A DNA stretch of 64,000 nucleotides. Origin: Hydrolagus colliei. Its lineage: Eukaryota. Location of the stretch: NCBI GenBank assembly GCA_035084275.1, contig CM068742.1, forward strand, positions 3,100,001-3,164,000. The letters run 5' to 3'. The position numbers were made by a program, and so were the translations under genes. This document shows, in pieces, positions 25,681-37,283 of the stretch; position 1 is the first letter of the stretch; each line of letters begins with the position of its first letter. The notes below the pieces were generated by a model. The model saw nothing but the letters and a program-made list of their open reading frames with translations. It was not told the DNA's origin and did not search any database.

Positions 25681-27489
25681 TGGTGAAACTGGATTTGAGT
25701 AGATGGATCCAATCATGGAGTTCACATGCTAATGTATTGTGGAACCGATGGATCGAACGCTGTCCTGTGGTAAAATTCCTCTGGGGTGGAATTTCACTCA
25801 CCTTAAATGTATGCTTCCTGAAATAGTTAAGCTTGAACCAAATAAAATCGATCATTCAGTATATCACTGTTTGTCTAACACTGCTGTTCGCAAAAAAATG
25901 ATTATAATTATTGTTAGTTTCTTTTTAACAACTACGAATCTGCATCAACCAAACACTTTGATTTGCGGTACACTGACTCCGGTTCTACAATTACAATAAT
26001 AAACGATAATCTGAATAAAAATCCTTGCATTTGAAAATACATTGTTCCCTTTGGGAGGATGCCTCAAATCGCTTTGCAGAATGCACAAACACTACTATAG
26101 CGTGTAGTGCCTGTGCCTGTACATTCTGTTCGAGAATTGAGATTGATGGGCTCAGGCTACTTCGGGAGAAAACTATCCAAAGATGTGAACGGAGATGAAT
26201 CTTGAGGTAGTGCATTGATTACAGAACAGCACCGAAAATAACAGGTTCCACTTATAACCTGACTGCTATGAAATGCACCTTGTTTGTTGTCATTGTGGCC
26301 AGTGTAAGGTAAATACAGCATTACCTTGAGCTGCAATAGTTGTTTCAAATCAAATGCAGCCCCAGACAGATGGGTTGAAAAACCACTCTCTCTTTTACAA
26401 TCCAGTTCCCAGCAGACACAAATCAACAACACAATACCTCGCTTAACTCTGGCATTTACTGGCCCAAACTGAGCAATCTCACTTGGAGAGGCGAGGAGGA
26501 CAGATGGTGTGGGAAATGCAAATGTCATGCTAGGAGGTGCTCTTCAGGTGGTCTCATTGTTACTCCGCAGGAGAGTTCCACACTTCAACACGACCTGCGC
26601 TGCACCTGACCTTGGGGGTGTTTGTTTCCGTCACTGGTAAAATGAACAGAAACGCTTTACTCCTCGGTGCTGCTGCCTTTCACCTTGATCAGTTTTAAAA
26701 AAATACTCCTCACGAATGTACGAGTTGAACAAAAGGCTGAAAGAAACAAGGAATAATATTCAAATAGTGAAAGAGGAAAGGTCGAGTTTGTTTTGACCGC
26801 GTTTGCCACATTTGTCAGATCAACTTTGCTGCCTCCATTGTTTTGATGTAGAAGAACCACAGCATTTCTGAAGTAGTGCTCGCACGTTGTTTACAGAGGA
26901 GATCAACCTCGCTCGTACTTCTGTTGATAAAACAATGTAAGTTTCCCCCCAACCAGATCGTTCTCCCACTTTAGACAGGAAAATAAGTCTCGCTTCTTGA
27001 GTCTTATTTTCCTGTCTCTATCTATCTTTGTCAAAAGAAAAGTCAGTCCTCATTTCAGAGAACACACTGGCTATGAGGATTCACGGGAATCATAGGCCTT
27101 CTTTCCTATCCTTTGAAAGGCCAGAATAGCCCTTTCCTCAGCCGTGCTGCTTGACTCACCATGACTGCAAAGCCGACAAATAATAATCCTTACATTTGAT
27201 ATAGAGCCTTTCACATCAGGAGGATGTCTCAAATTGCTTCACGTGATGTATTTTAAATCATGCATATTACATCCAGTCACTGCATTCAGAGTGTATCTTG
27301 TGAAACCGTGTGGGATCCCATCCCACGATGTGAAAAGAGCCGTAACAAATGCAAAGATGATTTTTATATTTTGTAGGCGAATACGGCAGCCAATTTACAC
27401 ACAGCAATGTCTCACTATCAGCCTAAATGCTGCACCAATTGTATCTGGAGTGGGGGGGTGGTGGTGGCGGTGAAGGGGCAAACCTGATT

Positions 27490-28035
27490 CCTTGAGTGCA
27501 GATGACACAAAACCAGCCACGGCCAACTGCGACTCGAGCAGTTTTACACCAACAGCTGCTTCCTCACCCAAACCCAAACTGCCTTACAATTCACTAGTCA
27601 TTCTCAAAGACAAAAATAACCGCAGAATCTTGTTCTCCACTACCCACCACCATCATCTCCATGGCCCCTCTCAATCACCCTCAATCCAAGCTTCAGATGT
27701 CAAGTGCAAAGAAGTCCTGGGCTTCTTCATCTCTAAGATAGATAACATCCACCTGGCTGCCTCCTCCTCCTCTCCCACCACCCCTTGTTGCCTAGTATCC
27801 CCACATCCATGCCTCCTTCATTATCCTCTTCTACCATGGCCTCCTCCCTCCATTCATTTGTCCCCCTCTCACCTTTTTCCCATTCCCCACCATCAACTAG
27901 ATGGAGCTCACCAACTTGCTGCCTCCTCATCCAGCTTCCGGTCATTCAACTCCCACTCCTCTGCTCACCTTTGGCTGACACATTCAACCAGTCCCTCTCC
28001 ACTGGCTCTGTCCCACTCCCCTTCAAAAGTGTCCT
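27490..28035 (+). mobile_element. Decayed L2 ORF2 linker fragment
   Basis: RILFSTT, FFISKIDNI, LADTFNQSLSTGSVPLPFK. Confidence 0.8.
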
Positions 28036-29021
28036 ACTGGTTCAAAGTTTAACAATGCGTTGTTGAAAATCAACTTCAACAACGGAGGCTTATCTTGGTG
28101 TAGATTACCATTATGAAGGATTTCAATGAATGGAATGGTAGAATCCATTTCCTGTGACATTTGGGTGATAAAAATTCTGATAGGCATAACATGGCTTAAC
28201 CTTAATCAAGATTTCCCATTAGAGTCACTCAAGAGTCTGATTGGAAATTGACCCATGGAGGATATATCTGTGCTATTTTACAAGAAATGTAATGTGATAA
28301 TTGTAATGTGATGATGATAATTGATGTAGAAAATATTATTCCCTTGGATGAATTGAATTTTGTTGCCAAAATAGTAGAATAGACTTCTTTTTCCTCGTTA
28401 TGTTTTATCTGTTATGTTCAAAATCTGATCAAGGTATGAGAGAGCTGAATATCTTGATAAGGTCACATTGACAGCATTGTTGCACTTCATGTTACAGCCT
28501 GGCTTAGGTCCAGTGAAACTCATTACAATTAATGCTGGCAGTTTTGGGTTTCAGATAACCTCAGGGCTTACCCTTTCAACTCGGGGGCTTTGAAACATTC
28601 AAGAGCATTGCTGCTCTGGCTGCAATGCTATCAACCTTTTCCTATATGAGTTGAAGCATTCTTTATTTGAGGTAGTCCCTAGGTCAATTCAATTATAATT
28701 CATAAAGATACACAAAAGGTAATAACCCTAAAAGGACTGGAAATTCAGCCAGTACTCAATCGAAACCTCAGTGAAACCTGGGAAAAGTCAAAGCTTATCA
28801 GTTGCAGCAGAGGTGCACATACCGTTTCCATATCTGTAAGTATCTATTTGAATTTGAGACAAATAGAAAACAGGGCATCTTAGCTGCAGAAACAATAACT
28901 TGACCTATATAACACTCTTCACATGGTAGAGTGCCTCAAAGTGCTGATTCATGTCTTGGTTTCATGCCAAATTGGGGAGAAAATGGAGGTGACCATGGGA
29001 TAGTCAAACGAGGAAAGTCTT

Positions 29022-29130
29022 CAAACAAAAACAAAGGTTGCTGGGGAAACTCAGCAGGTCAAACAGCTTCCATGGAGAAAGGAAAAAGAGTCAACGGTTC
29101 GGGTCTACAACCATACATCAGCTGTGATCT
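29022..29130 (-). mobile_element. Penelope-like terminal repeat with degenerate hammerhead core
   Basis: Minus strand CTGATGTATGGTTGTAGACCCGAACCGTTGACT...TTTCTCCATGGA..TGACCTGCTGAG; homologous to both arms of 30339-30572. Confidence 0.65.
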
Positions 29131-29834
29131 GAAAACAGGTTAAAACAGGTTAAAAGAGAGCTAGAGGCAGGAAATTGGATTGTGGTGCAGTGATTGAAGG
29201 CATAAAGCCATTGGTGGAACAAATGAGCCAAAGGATGAGAAGAAGCCAGCTGAGCAAAGGGTTCAAACATAAATTAAATGCTAGATCACAGAAAAATGCA
29301 CTGTTGAGATTTCTCTGATCCATCAGACATGAAACACTATTATATTTGAAAATCTATACCAACAATATACCCTACAAAGCTCTCTTGTAAGTAAACACCT
29401 TTCTTCTCTCTTCAATGTCACTGTTTGGAAAGGACAGTGTTGCATAGGGCTCCAGCAGCCTCATGTTAGTTATCTTACACTTTCCACAGGTGAGGTGCAT
29501 TTCTTCACTCACAGTTTCTTGTACGTCTATTGCTAGATTTTTGACAGATAAATCAGAAATCTCTATCTTTAGTTCTACTATGTTTGTCTAGTGACTAATG
29601 TACTTGTAACTAAAACCAGGTGGACAGTCTATAAAAAGGTTTCTCAATTTGTACATTACTGTTACTTCAGCAGCTGGAAATTAACTGCGTGGATGTTTCC
29701 CACTGTCTGCCAATGTCTTAACATTTTAGATAATGCAGCAATTTGGAAAGATCTTGAATCTAGTTTTAAATTAGAACACATTTCACTTGAGAAATGCTTC
29801 CAAATTAATATTGAACAATTCTTCATCATGGTGA

Positions 29835-30285
29835 TATAATAATAATCCTTGCATTTGATAACAGTGCCTTACAAGTCAGGAAGGCAGCTCAACTGGCTTC
29901 ACAGAATAGACTGAAATATAGTGACGATACAACAAACATTCATGTTGCGGGAGGACTAAGCTTAAAATGCTTTGTGACTGTATTTTGTAGCAAAACACGG
30001 CAGCCAATTTCTACTGAGCAATATTCAGCAAAACGCCCATGAAATGAATTATGATTTTTTCCAGAGGACTATTGGTCAGAACACTGAGAAAAACTCCTTT
30101 CTCTTTTTTGAATAGTGATCTCTGAACAGACATCAGTTCAGTGTTTGATCTGAAGGATAGCACCAATGGCAATGTAGCACTGGCCAGCAAACTGTCAACA
30201 TAGACTGTGATTTCAAAACACTGAAGAGGGGAATTGAACCCCACAGACTCGAGATAAAAGTGCAACCAACTGAGTGAGCCAAGTG
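29835..30285 (-). mobile_element. Old Deu-domain SINE
   Basis: Head CTCAGTTGGTTGCAC...GTGGGGTTCAATTCC; AATTGGCTGCCGTGTTT block; AAATGCAAGGATTATTATT tail. Confidence 0.7.
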
Positions 30286-30338
30286 GACACCACATCCTAA
30301 TAGATTGCAAATATTGGTGGCTACTTCAGGTTTCACTT

Positions 30339-30572
30339 AAACAAAAACGGAATTCTCTGGGAACACTCAGCAGGTCAGGCAGCATCCATGGAGAAAGAAA
30401 AGTGAGTCAACATTTCCATTCCGCGACCCTTCGACCCAACTGGGAAGCTCTGAATGGCCGTCGACCCAAAAGGTTGACACACTTTCATTTCTCCATAGAT
30501 GGTGTTTGACCTGCTGAGCATACTCAGCGACTTGTGTTTTTGTTTCAGATTTCCAGCATCTGCAGTATTTTG
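30339..30572. mobile_element. Inverted pair of Penelope-like terminal repeats
   Basis: CTCAGCAGGTCA (30366-30377) / TGACCTGCTGAG (30507-30518); ATGGAGAAA / TTTCTCCAT; AAACAAAAAC / GTTTTTGTTT; ends in CAGATTTCCAGCATCTGCAGTATTTT. Confidence 0.75.
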
Positions 30573-30720
30573 TGTCAGGCTTTTTCTTAATTGAATTTCT
30601 TGACAAGGGATCCACTTTGTGAGGTGTGGCTGGGAGGGTGCAACAGCCGGTTTGGCGTGGAGAACAGAGGGGAGGTTGTCCTTCGCCTCCAGCATTATCC
30701 TGGAGTAAAAGGGCGATTTT

Positions 30721-31300
30721 CATAGAATCATAGAATGTTGCGGCACAGAAGGAGGCCATTCGGCCCATCGAGTCTGTGCCGGCTCTTTGACCGAGCAAGT
30801 CACTTTCGTTAACCCCAATCACCAGCTTTCTCCCCATAACCCTGCAAACCCGTCTTCCCCAGATACCTATCTAGTTCTCTCTTAAAAGCTGCTATCGAAT
30901 CGGACCTCACTACCCTTTCAGGCAGATCATTCCAAATTCGAACAACTAACTGAGTAATTTTTTTTTTTCTAACCTCCCCTCTGCTTCTTTTGGTAGATAT
31001 CTTAAGACTGTGACCACAGGTCACAGACACACCTACCAGCAGAAACAGCTTTTCCCTATCTAGCTGTCGAAACCTTTCGTGATCTTGAAGACCTCTATCA
31101 GGTCCCCGCGTAACCTTCTCTGCTCTAATGGGAAAAGTCCTAACTTCTCCAGCCTGTCCTCATAGCTAAGGTTCCCCATTCCTGGTATCATTCTCGTGAA
31201 TCTCCTCTGCACCATTTCCAGTGACTTAACGTCCTTCCTGAAATAAGGTGCCCAGAACTGGACGCAGTACTCCAGCTGAGGCCTAACCAGTGTTTTGTTT
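30721..31300 (-). mobile_element. CR1 LINE 3' fragment of a second subfamily
   Basis: LVRPQLEYCVQFWAP, LEQRRLRGDLIEVFKI; CATAGAATCATAGAA tail. Confidence 0.93.
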
Positions 31301-33799
31301 AAAGAGCCAAGGCAAGATTCAGATTGAAGCATCCCACTACAGTTCAAAATGGAGTATCAGCCTGGATTAATTGATAGCACTTTCACCTCTGGGTCAGAAC
31401 ACTGTGGGTTCTTTGAGCTCACAGTCTAGATTAACACTTCAGTGCAATGCTGAGGGAAGCACTGCACAGGCATCATCTTTTGGATGAGGTGTTCAACCAC
31501 AGATGGAGATGCAGTTTAAAAGAGGGGAGGGAGGAGGTGAAGTGGAGAGATGGAGTTTCAGTCAAAATGGGGAGGGCTAAAACCTTGCTTGCTGTTGGTT
31601 GGGCGAGAAAATGACGGGAGCAGGCTGAGCGCATCAAGCAGCGGGGTTGGTATGTGTTGAAGGGGAGGTAGGGTGAGGTGAAAACAGGGATTTAAAGGTG
31701 TCAAACTAAATGTATGACCAACAATCAATAATAGACAAATAACCTGGTATAGGTTTAGAAACATTCTCTTTCGGTGACACGATAAATCCCTTAAAACTTT
31801 TAGTACTTTTTACTGCTTCTCCGCAGAACTATGATGAGCATCCAAGCTCTCAAGAATCATCTGCAGCTGTTATGGATCTGCTGATAAAATTTCAGTCATC
31901 CACCTGCTCGACAATCATTATCTGTTCTATTTGTGTCTCTACATGAATATGTTGAAAAGAAGCACCGAGTATGTAATATCGCTGATAGCAACTTTCTACT
32001 GCACCCCTCCTACCCCCAGCCCCCACACACACTCCCCTTTCCACCCCCGTATGTTTTTTTTATCTCCCAATTCTGACAGTAATTTCCAGGCACAAGACCC
32101 CAACAAGCTGGTATTCTAACGGTGCAGCACGTATACAATGACAGGTGACAGAAAGCTTCACTGGACGTTAGACAAGCATGAATTGCTTTGAAAAAAGTAG
32201 AGTATAAATTGCATCCTGTGATGTTCTAATTAGCACAGGTAATATCATCATTAGATTCTTTGCAATTGATATAACGGCATCACATCATTGAGAGATCTCA
32301 AAGCATTTCACAGAATATACTGTGAAGTGAATTCACTGTGCCTGTATATATTTTGCGGCCAAAGATTATTGAAACAAGTTGAGGTGATAATTTATCATCA
32401 AATCAGTGTATTACTTAATCTCCTGGTCTTGTCTGAAGCCAGCTCGTAGAGCGGGACACTGAATGTGTTGGCATTGTTGGCTTGTCTCATCAGCAGTTTA
32501 GCAACTTGATTTCATACAGGATGCGACATTGGCACCAGGAATGATGTCAGTCTTCTTTTTACATTACTATTGAGGTAAAGGCTTCAGGTAAACCTTTACA
32601 AATTAAAGGTTTACCTTAAGCCACCATTTGTCTGATTATTATATTTACTATGCTGCTAACAAAAAAAAGCATGCAATTCCACCTAATCTAAGCATGCCAG
32701 ACAATCTGTTTTAAACGTTATGCTCGCGTAGATTCGAGAATTTGTTTTTAGTTTAGTTAAATTTGCGAGCTGAATTTCGTTTTCAGTTCTTAATCGAAGT
32801 AGGCTTCCAAATCCAGAATGAATTAATGAATTGTTTGGGATCCAATTTGATACAAAAGCAATTCCGCCTTTCAAAGGAGACAAGTTTTCAAGCCATCCGG
32901 AGGTCAAATTTGCAGGAAGATTTGACACAGGAATGTGAGTATTTTAATCACACATGACTCACAGCTGACATCAACAAGTGAGTCAATCTCAAGCAGGACA
33001 TGTGCAAGGAGATTCTAACAGTTTTAATTGATACATCATAGATTGAAATTTTCACTGAAACCCTTCAGATAAAATTGGCAACCCCATGGTCAATTGTGGG
33101 ACCTTGCTGGGCACCACATTTCCTTTCAAAAATAGTACACTTAATAATATAATTATGCTAATGTATTTTGAGACTTTTCAATAAATGTAGCGAGGTGCTC
33201 CAAATAGCAACTTATTTCTTGCTTCATTTTTTATCCACAGCTGAATCCAACTGTGTCTATTATGACAAGAATTATTTTTAAGTTATTGTAAATGGTAGTG
33301 CTGAAATAAGACAAAGCACTCCGAGACGCTGTCTTATGTGAAAGGCGCTATATCAACTCAACTTATTGTTCTAGAAGCTAGTTAATCAAAGATCTGCCAG
33401 AGGTACCTTATGGCCCAGCATATTGTAGCTAAACAGTTATTGAAGTTATTGTAACTTAATTTATCTGTTCCGAATGACTCCCATCAGAGCGGTAAAAATG
33501 GACTAAATTTACTTCTATAGGTTACACCTAGGCCCTCTGATTGGGGTGGTGGTTATTGGATTTCAGTGGGCGTAGCTATGGGATTTTTTAATAAACAATT
33601 TTGGAGCGTTTGTAATTCAAGGCTTCAAGGCTTTTTGTTGATGAACAGAGAAGATGTTACCATATGTAGGGTAACGTGCTCATGTGCTGCGCAGTGGCGG
33701 GACTGGACATCAATCAAGGAAGAAAGAGGAAAATGGAAGCAAGCACAGGCACGGGTGAAAGGGTCGGTATATTTGGTATAACTCATTTCATTTTTCAAG

Positions 33800-34178
33800 G
33801 AAGTTTCGAGGCACTTCACAGGATTTAAGAAACGCATGGCGACTGCATATTCTGTACGCAAAATGTAGTAGCCAATTTGCACACATTACTGTCCCACAAA
33901 TAACCACGACGTAAATGATCAATGATATTTGGGGAGTTTGGGCCGAGACATGGCGAGAAACTCCCTTCTCTTTCTGAAGAGTGCCGTGGAATCATTAAGA
34001 TCTATCTTAACAGGCCAATGTGACCTTAAGTTCAACATTGCATCCAAAGGCTGGATCCTCCGACAATACAACACTCCCACAAGCACTGCAATGCAGTATC
34101 AGTCTAGACTGTGAGTTTGAATTCCTGACTTGAACCCACAGCCTTTGTGATGAGAGTGCTACCCACTGAGCCACCCTG
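33800..34178 (-). mobile_element. Old Deu-domain SINE
   Basis: Head GGCTCAGTGGGTAGCACTCTC...TGTGGGTTCAAGTC; TGTCGGAGGA..TTTGGATG; TTTGTGGGAC..TGTGTGCAAATTGGCT. Confidence 0.75.
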
Positions 34179-34926
34179 GCACAAGTATGAAGCACAGATT
34201 TGTCCACGTGTATCAAATATTTACAAAGTCTAACTGGACATTAATTATTTAGAAAAGAATGTTCTCATTTTGAGTACTTCCATGCATAACTTCAGTGCAC
34301 ATATCAAAATAACCCTTATATGATGACCTCCGTGTTTGCTTTCAAATCAATTTGGTCAAAAATTGCCTTAATGTAGTTAGGTGAAGTAAATCATTGCAGT
34401 TTTCTGTACACGCCACCAGAGAACTAAATCTGTAGAGACTTACCTGCTTAATTCAGGTATAGTATAAATACTGCTTCAGTATTTCAGTTCCAATATAGAG
34501 TTATTACTTTTTTGAAAGGTTTGTGATGACTGTGCTTAGGTCAGCTGAAAATTTATTGTCTCCACAGGGGTAAAAAGACTGAGCTAGCAATTGTAAGCTT
34601 CGATCTTCTCAAAGAAAATACACTTTGATGAGATAGGAATTCAGCAAGTGCTTGAGTAAGAGGTGCGGTGCAGTAATTGGAAGCTATGAGCTATCTGTCC
34701 TAAACATGTAAGCAGTCTGGTTATGTTGTGACATGTGTACTTCATAAAGATCATCCTTTGGGTTAAAGCAGATGTATCTATTTGGCCTCTCATATCGGTC
34801 ATCAGCTTGTGGAAAACTATCTTACAAATTAAAACTGAATTTAAATATTATTTAAACTTTTATGCAATTTTAAGTTTCAAGACATCGGTCTTATATCTCT
34901 GTGGCTGCACCTTTGGTCACTTTGGT

Positions 34927-35026
34927 TTCCTTCCTCCCTTGTTCTCTCCTTCCCTCCCTCCCTCCCTCCCTCCCTCCCTCCCTTCCTTCCTTTCCTCCCT
35001 CCCTCCCTCCCTCCCTCCCTCCCTTT
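34927..35026. repeat. (CCCT)n polypyrimidine microsatellite
   Basis: ~100 bp of almost pure C/T tetranucleotide repeats. Confidence 0.95.
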
Positions 35027-36069
35027 CAAAAGCATAAAGCAGACAGTAGATTCAAGAACATTTCATTTAGTTGAGAGATGGGTATAGGTCTCAGTTGTTG
35101 TAATATTGCACAAAATTATAAAACAGACAACACAAAGTAATTTATGTTAAAGAGAAAGAAAAGAACATTTGCTTATTGCTCTGCACAGCTATAGGTAGAG
35201 ACAAATCCGATTACATACAGTAATCCTTATACTGTATTTACATTCCAACATATCACAAGAGAGGTTCAGATGAAAAAGGTCCTTCAGCCCATTTTCGTTG
35301 GTCAGTAAGATGCCTGACATGCAGAAACACATCAACAACAACATTTATGTAGCACAGCGTAGCATCCCAGAGTGCTTGACAATGGCGAAGTACAATGCCA
35401 ACACATACTAAAAGCTATAGGTAGGCCACTTACGTAGGCCACTTATTAAAATTACCTTCTATGTTCCATCATGAGATCTCCAGCCAAGGAACCAAGAATT
35501 AATTGAAACCTTGTGTCAACAGAGCACACATACATGATGGTCAGCACATTACTGTACTTACAAAGTGAAAATTGAAAATAGAATAAAATTATAATCTCAT
35601 GTAAGTCAAATAACACCTCTTTAATTACTCCCCCACCTAAAGAGTGGTTGAACAGATTGAATACAAAGGTTTTTTGTAAATCGAAAATAATTTTTATAGA
35701 AAAAAATTGCATGGGTGGGCCTGTTTTGAAGGCTTCTGAATGACTTCAGATGCAATTTTATTGTCTGGCAAAATTTATTTGAAGTGGATGAAAACAAAAG
35801 CCCTGAGCACTTTTAAAAACAATAGGAAAAAAAAAGCAAATACAAAAGAATATCAAGGCTGAACTTGATCAACAGGAACCTATGTACAATCCCCATTCAT
35901 TTGAGAGGTTTGAGATAGTGCCTTATCATGCCATTGAGCCATCTCAAAGCGTTTCACAGAATATACTGTGAAATAGATTGAGTGTGTATTTTGTGGGTGA
36001 AAAGATTAACATTTTACAATTTTCTTAAAGTTTCCATAATATTAACAATTCTTGCATTTAATATACTAC

Positions 36070-36366
36070 CTAATAATAATCCTTGCATTTTTTGATTAAG
36101 CTCTTTTCACATCTTCAAGACGTCTCAAAGCACTTCACAGAATGTACTGTAAAGTGAATTGACTGTATATTTGTGGGCAAAACGTGGCAGACAATTGCGC
36201 ACAGCAGTGTCCCACAAACAGTTGTGGATTTAAGTGATCAATGATGCTATTGTGTCATTTTTGGAGGGATTATTATTAGGCGTGTGGAATAAGGAAATTT
36301 GCCCAAGTTGGATTCGAGCTTCACACTTCGAAGATGAGCGCTCTAACCGCTGAGCTATAGGTTTCC
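36070..36366 (-). mobile_element. tRNA-derived SINE with L2-type tail
   Basis: Head TATAGCTCAGCGGTTAGAGCGCTC; same body and tail as other copies. Confidence 0.9.
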
Positions 36367-36618
36367 ATGTGCCATTCAGATATATCAAAATGTTTCATAG
36401 AATTTCTTGTAAAATGTAGTGGTCGTGCATTGTTAAGCAATATTATCTAATACATAATACCCATTGGTGAAAAAGCTCCAATATGTAAAGAAAATAGTTT
36501 TGGAATAGTTATTTGCTGAGGGGTTTATATTATTAATTCATTCACATTATTCTGCACTACAGTGTTCACCAACCGCCTTTTGTTCCAACATTAACTTTCA
36601 ACAGAGCCATTGGCTCTA

Positions 36619-36940
36619 GCGTCCTGTAGCTCAATGGTTAGAGCATTCACCTCAAAAGCAAGAGACCTGAGTTCAGTTCTAGGCAGGGTAAAACCTTGGG
36701 CAAGTTTCCTTACTCCAAACCCCTAATAATAACTCCTCAAAAAAAAATTGATAATTTCAATCCACGACTGTTTGTGGGACACTGATGTGTGCAATTGGCT
36801 GCTGGATTTCACCCACGAATATACAGTGAATTCACTTTACAGTATATTACAGTATTATATTTATATTCTGTGAAGCAATTTGAGAAATCTAGAAGATGTG
36901 AAAAGCGCTACATCAAATGCAAGGATTTATTATTAATATT
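36619..36940 (+). mobile_element. tRNA-derived SINE with L2-type tail
   Basis: GTCCTGTAGCTCAATGGTTAGAGC...AAACCTTGGGCAAGTTTCCTTACTCC...AAATGCAAGGATTTATTATT. Confidence 0.92.
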
Positions 36941-37283
36941 ATTGTTAAAGCAGTTTTCTTCCCACCTGCAATTCAGACAAATAGTGTTTTGTACACCATT
37001 CCATTAATCTAAATGGGGTATTGATAGCGTCAGCCATTACTTTCTTGTTAAAATGCCTGTTACAATCACTGAAAGACTATTGCACAACATCTATTATGGC
37101 AGCCTATTGTACACAGGAGTTCCCACAGATAAACTTGGCTTGCGTGAAACAAATGATTTGATTTTTTTTTAATGTTTATTTTGAAGGAACTATTACTCCC
37201 GGAAAAGCGATCTGATTAACAACTAATACTTGAGATCATAATTACTGCAAAGTAAAGAGAGGTACAACAACAACAACATTACA

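Noticed and set aside
29470-29496. AG|GT recursive-splice-like motif (also ~61350-61366)
   Set aside because: Opposite strand to the best exon candidate, and such motifs are expected by chance in 64 kb.
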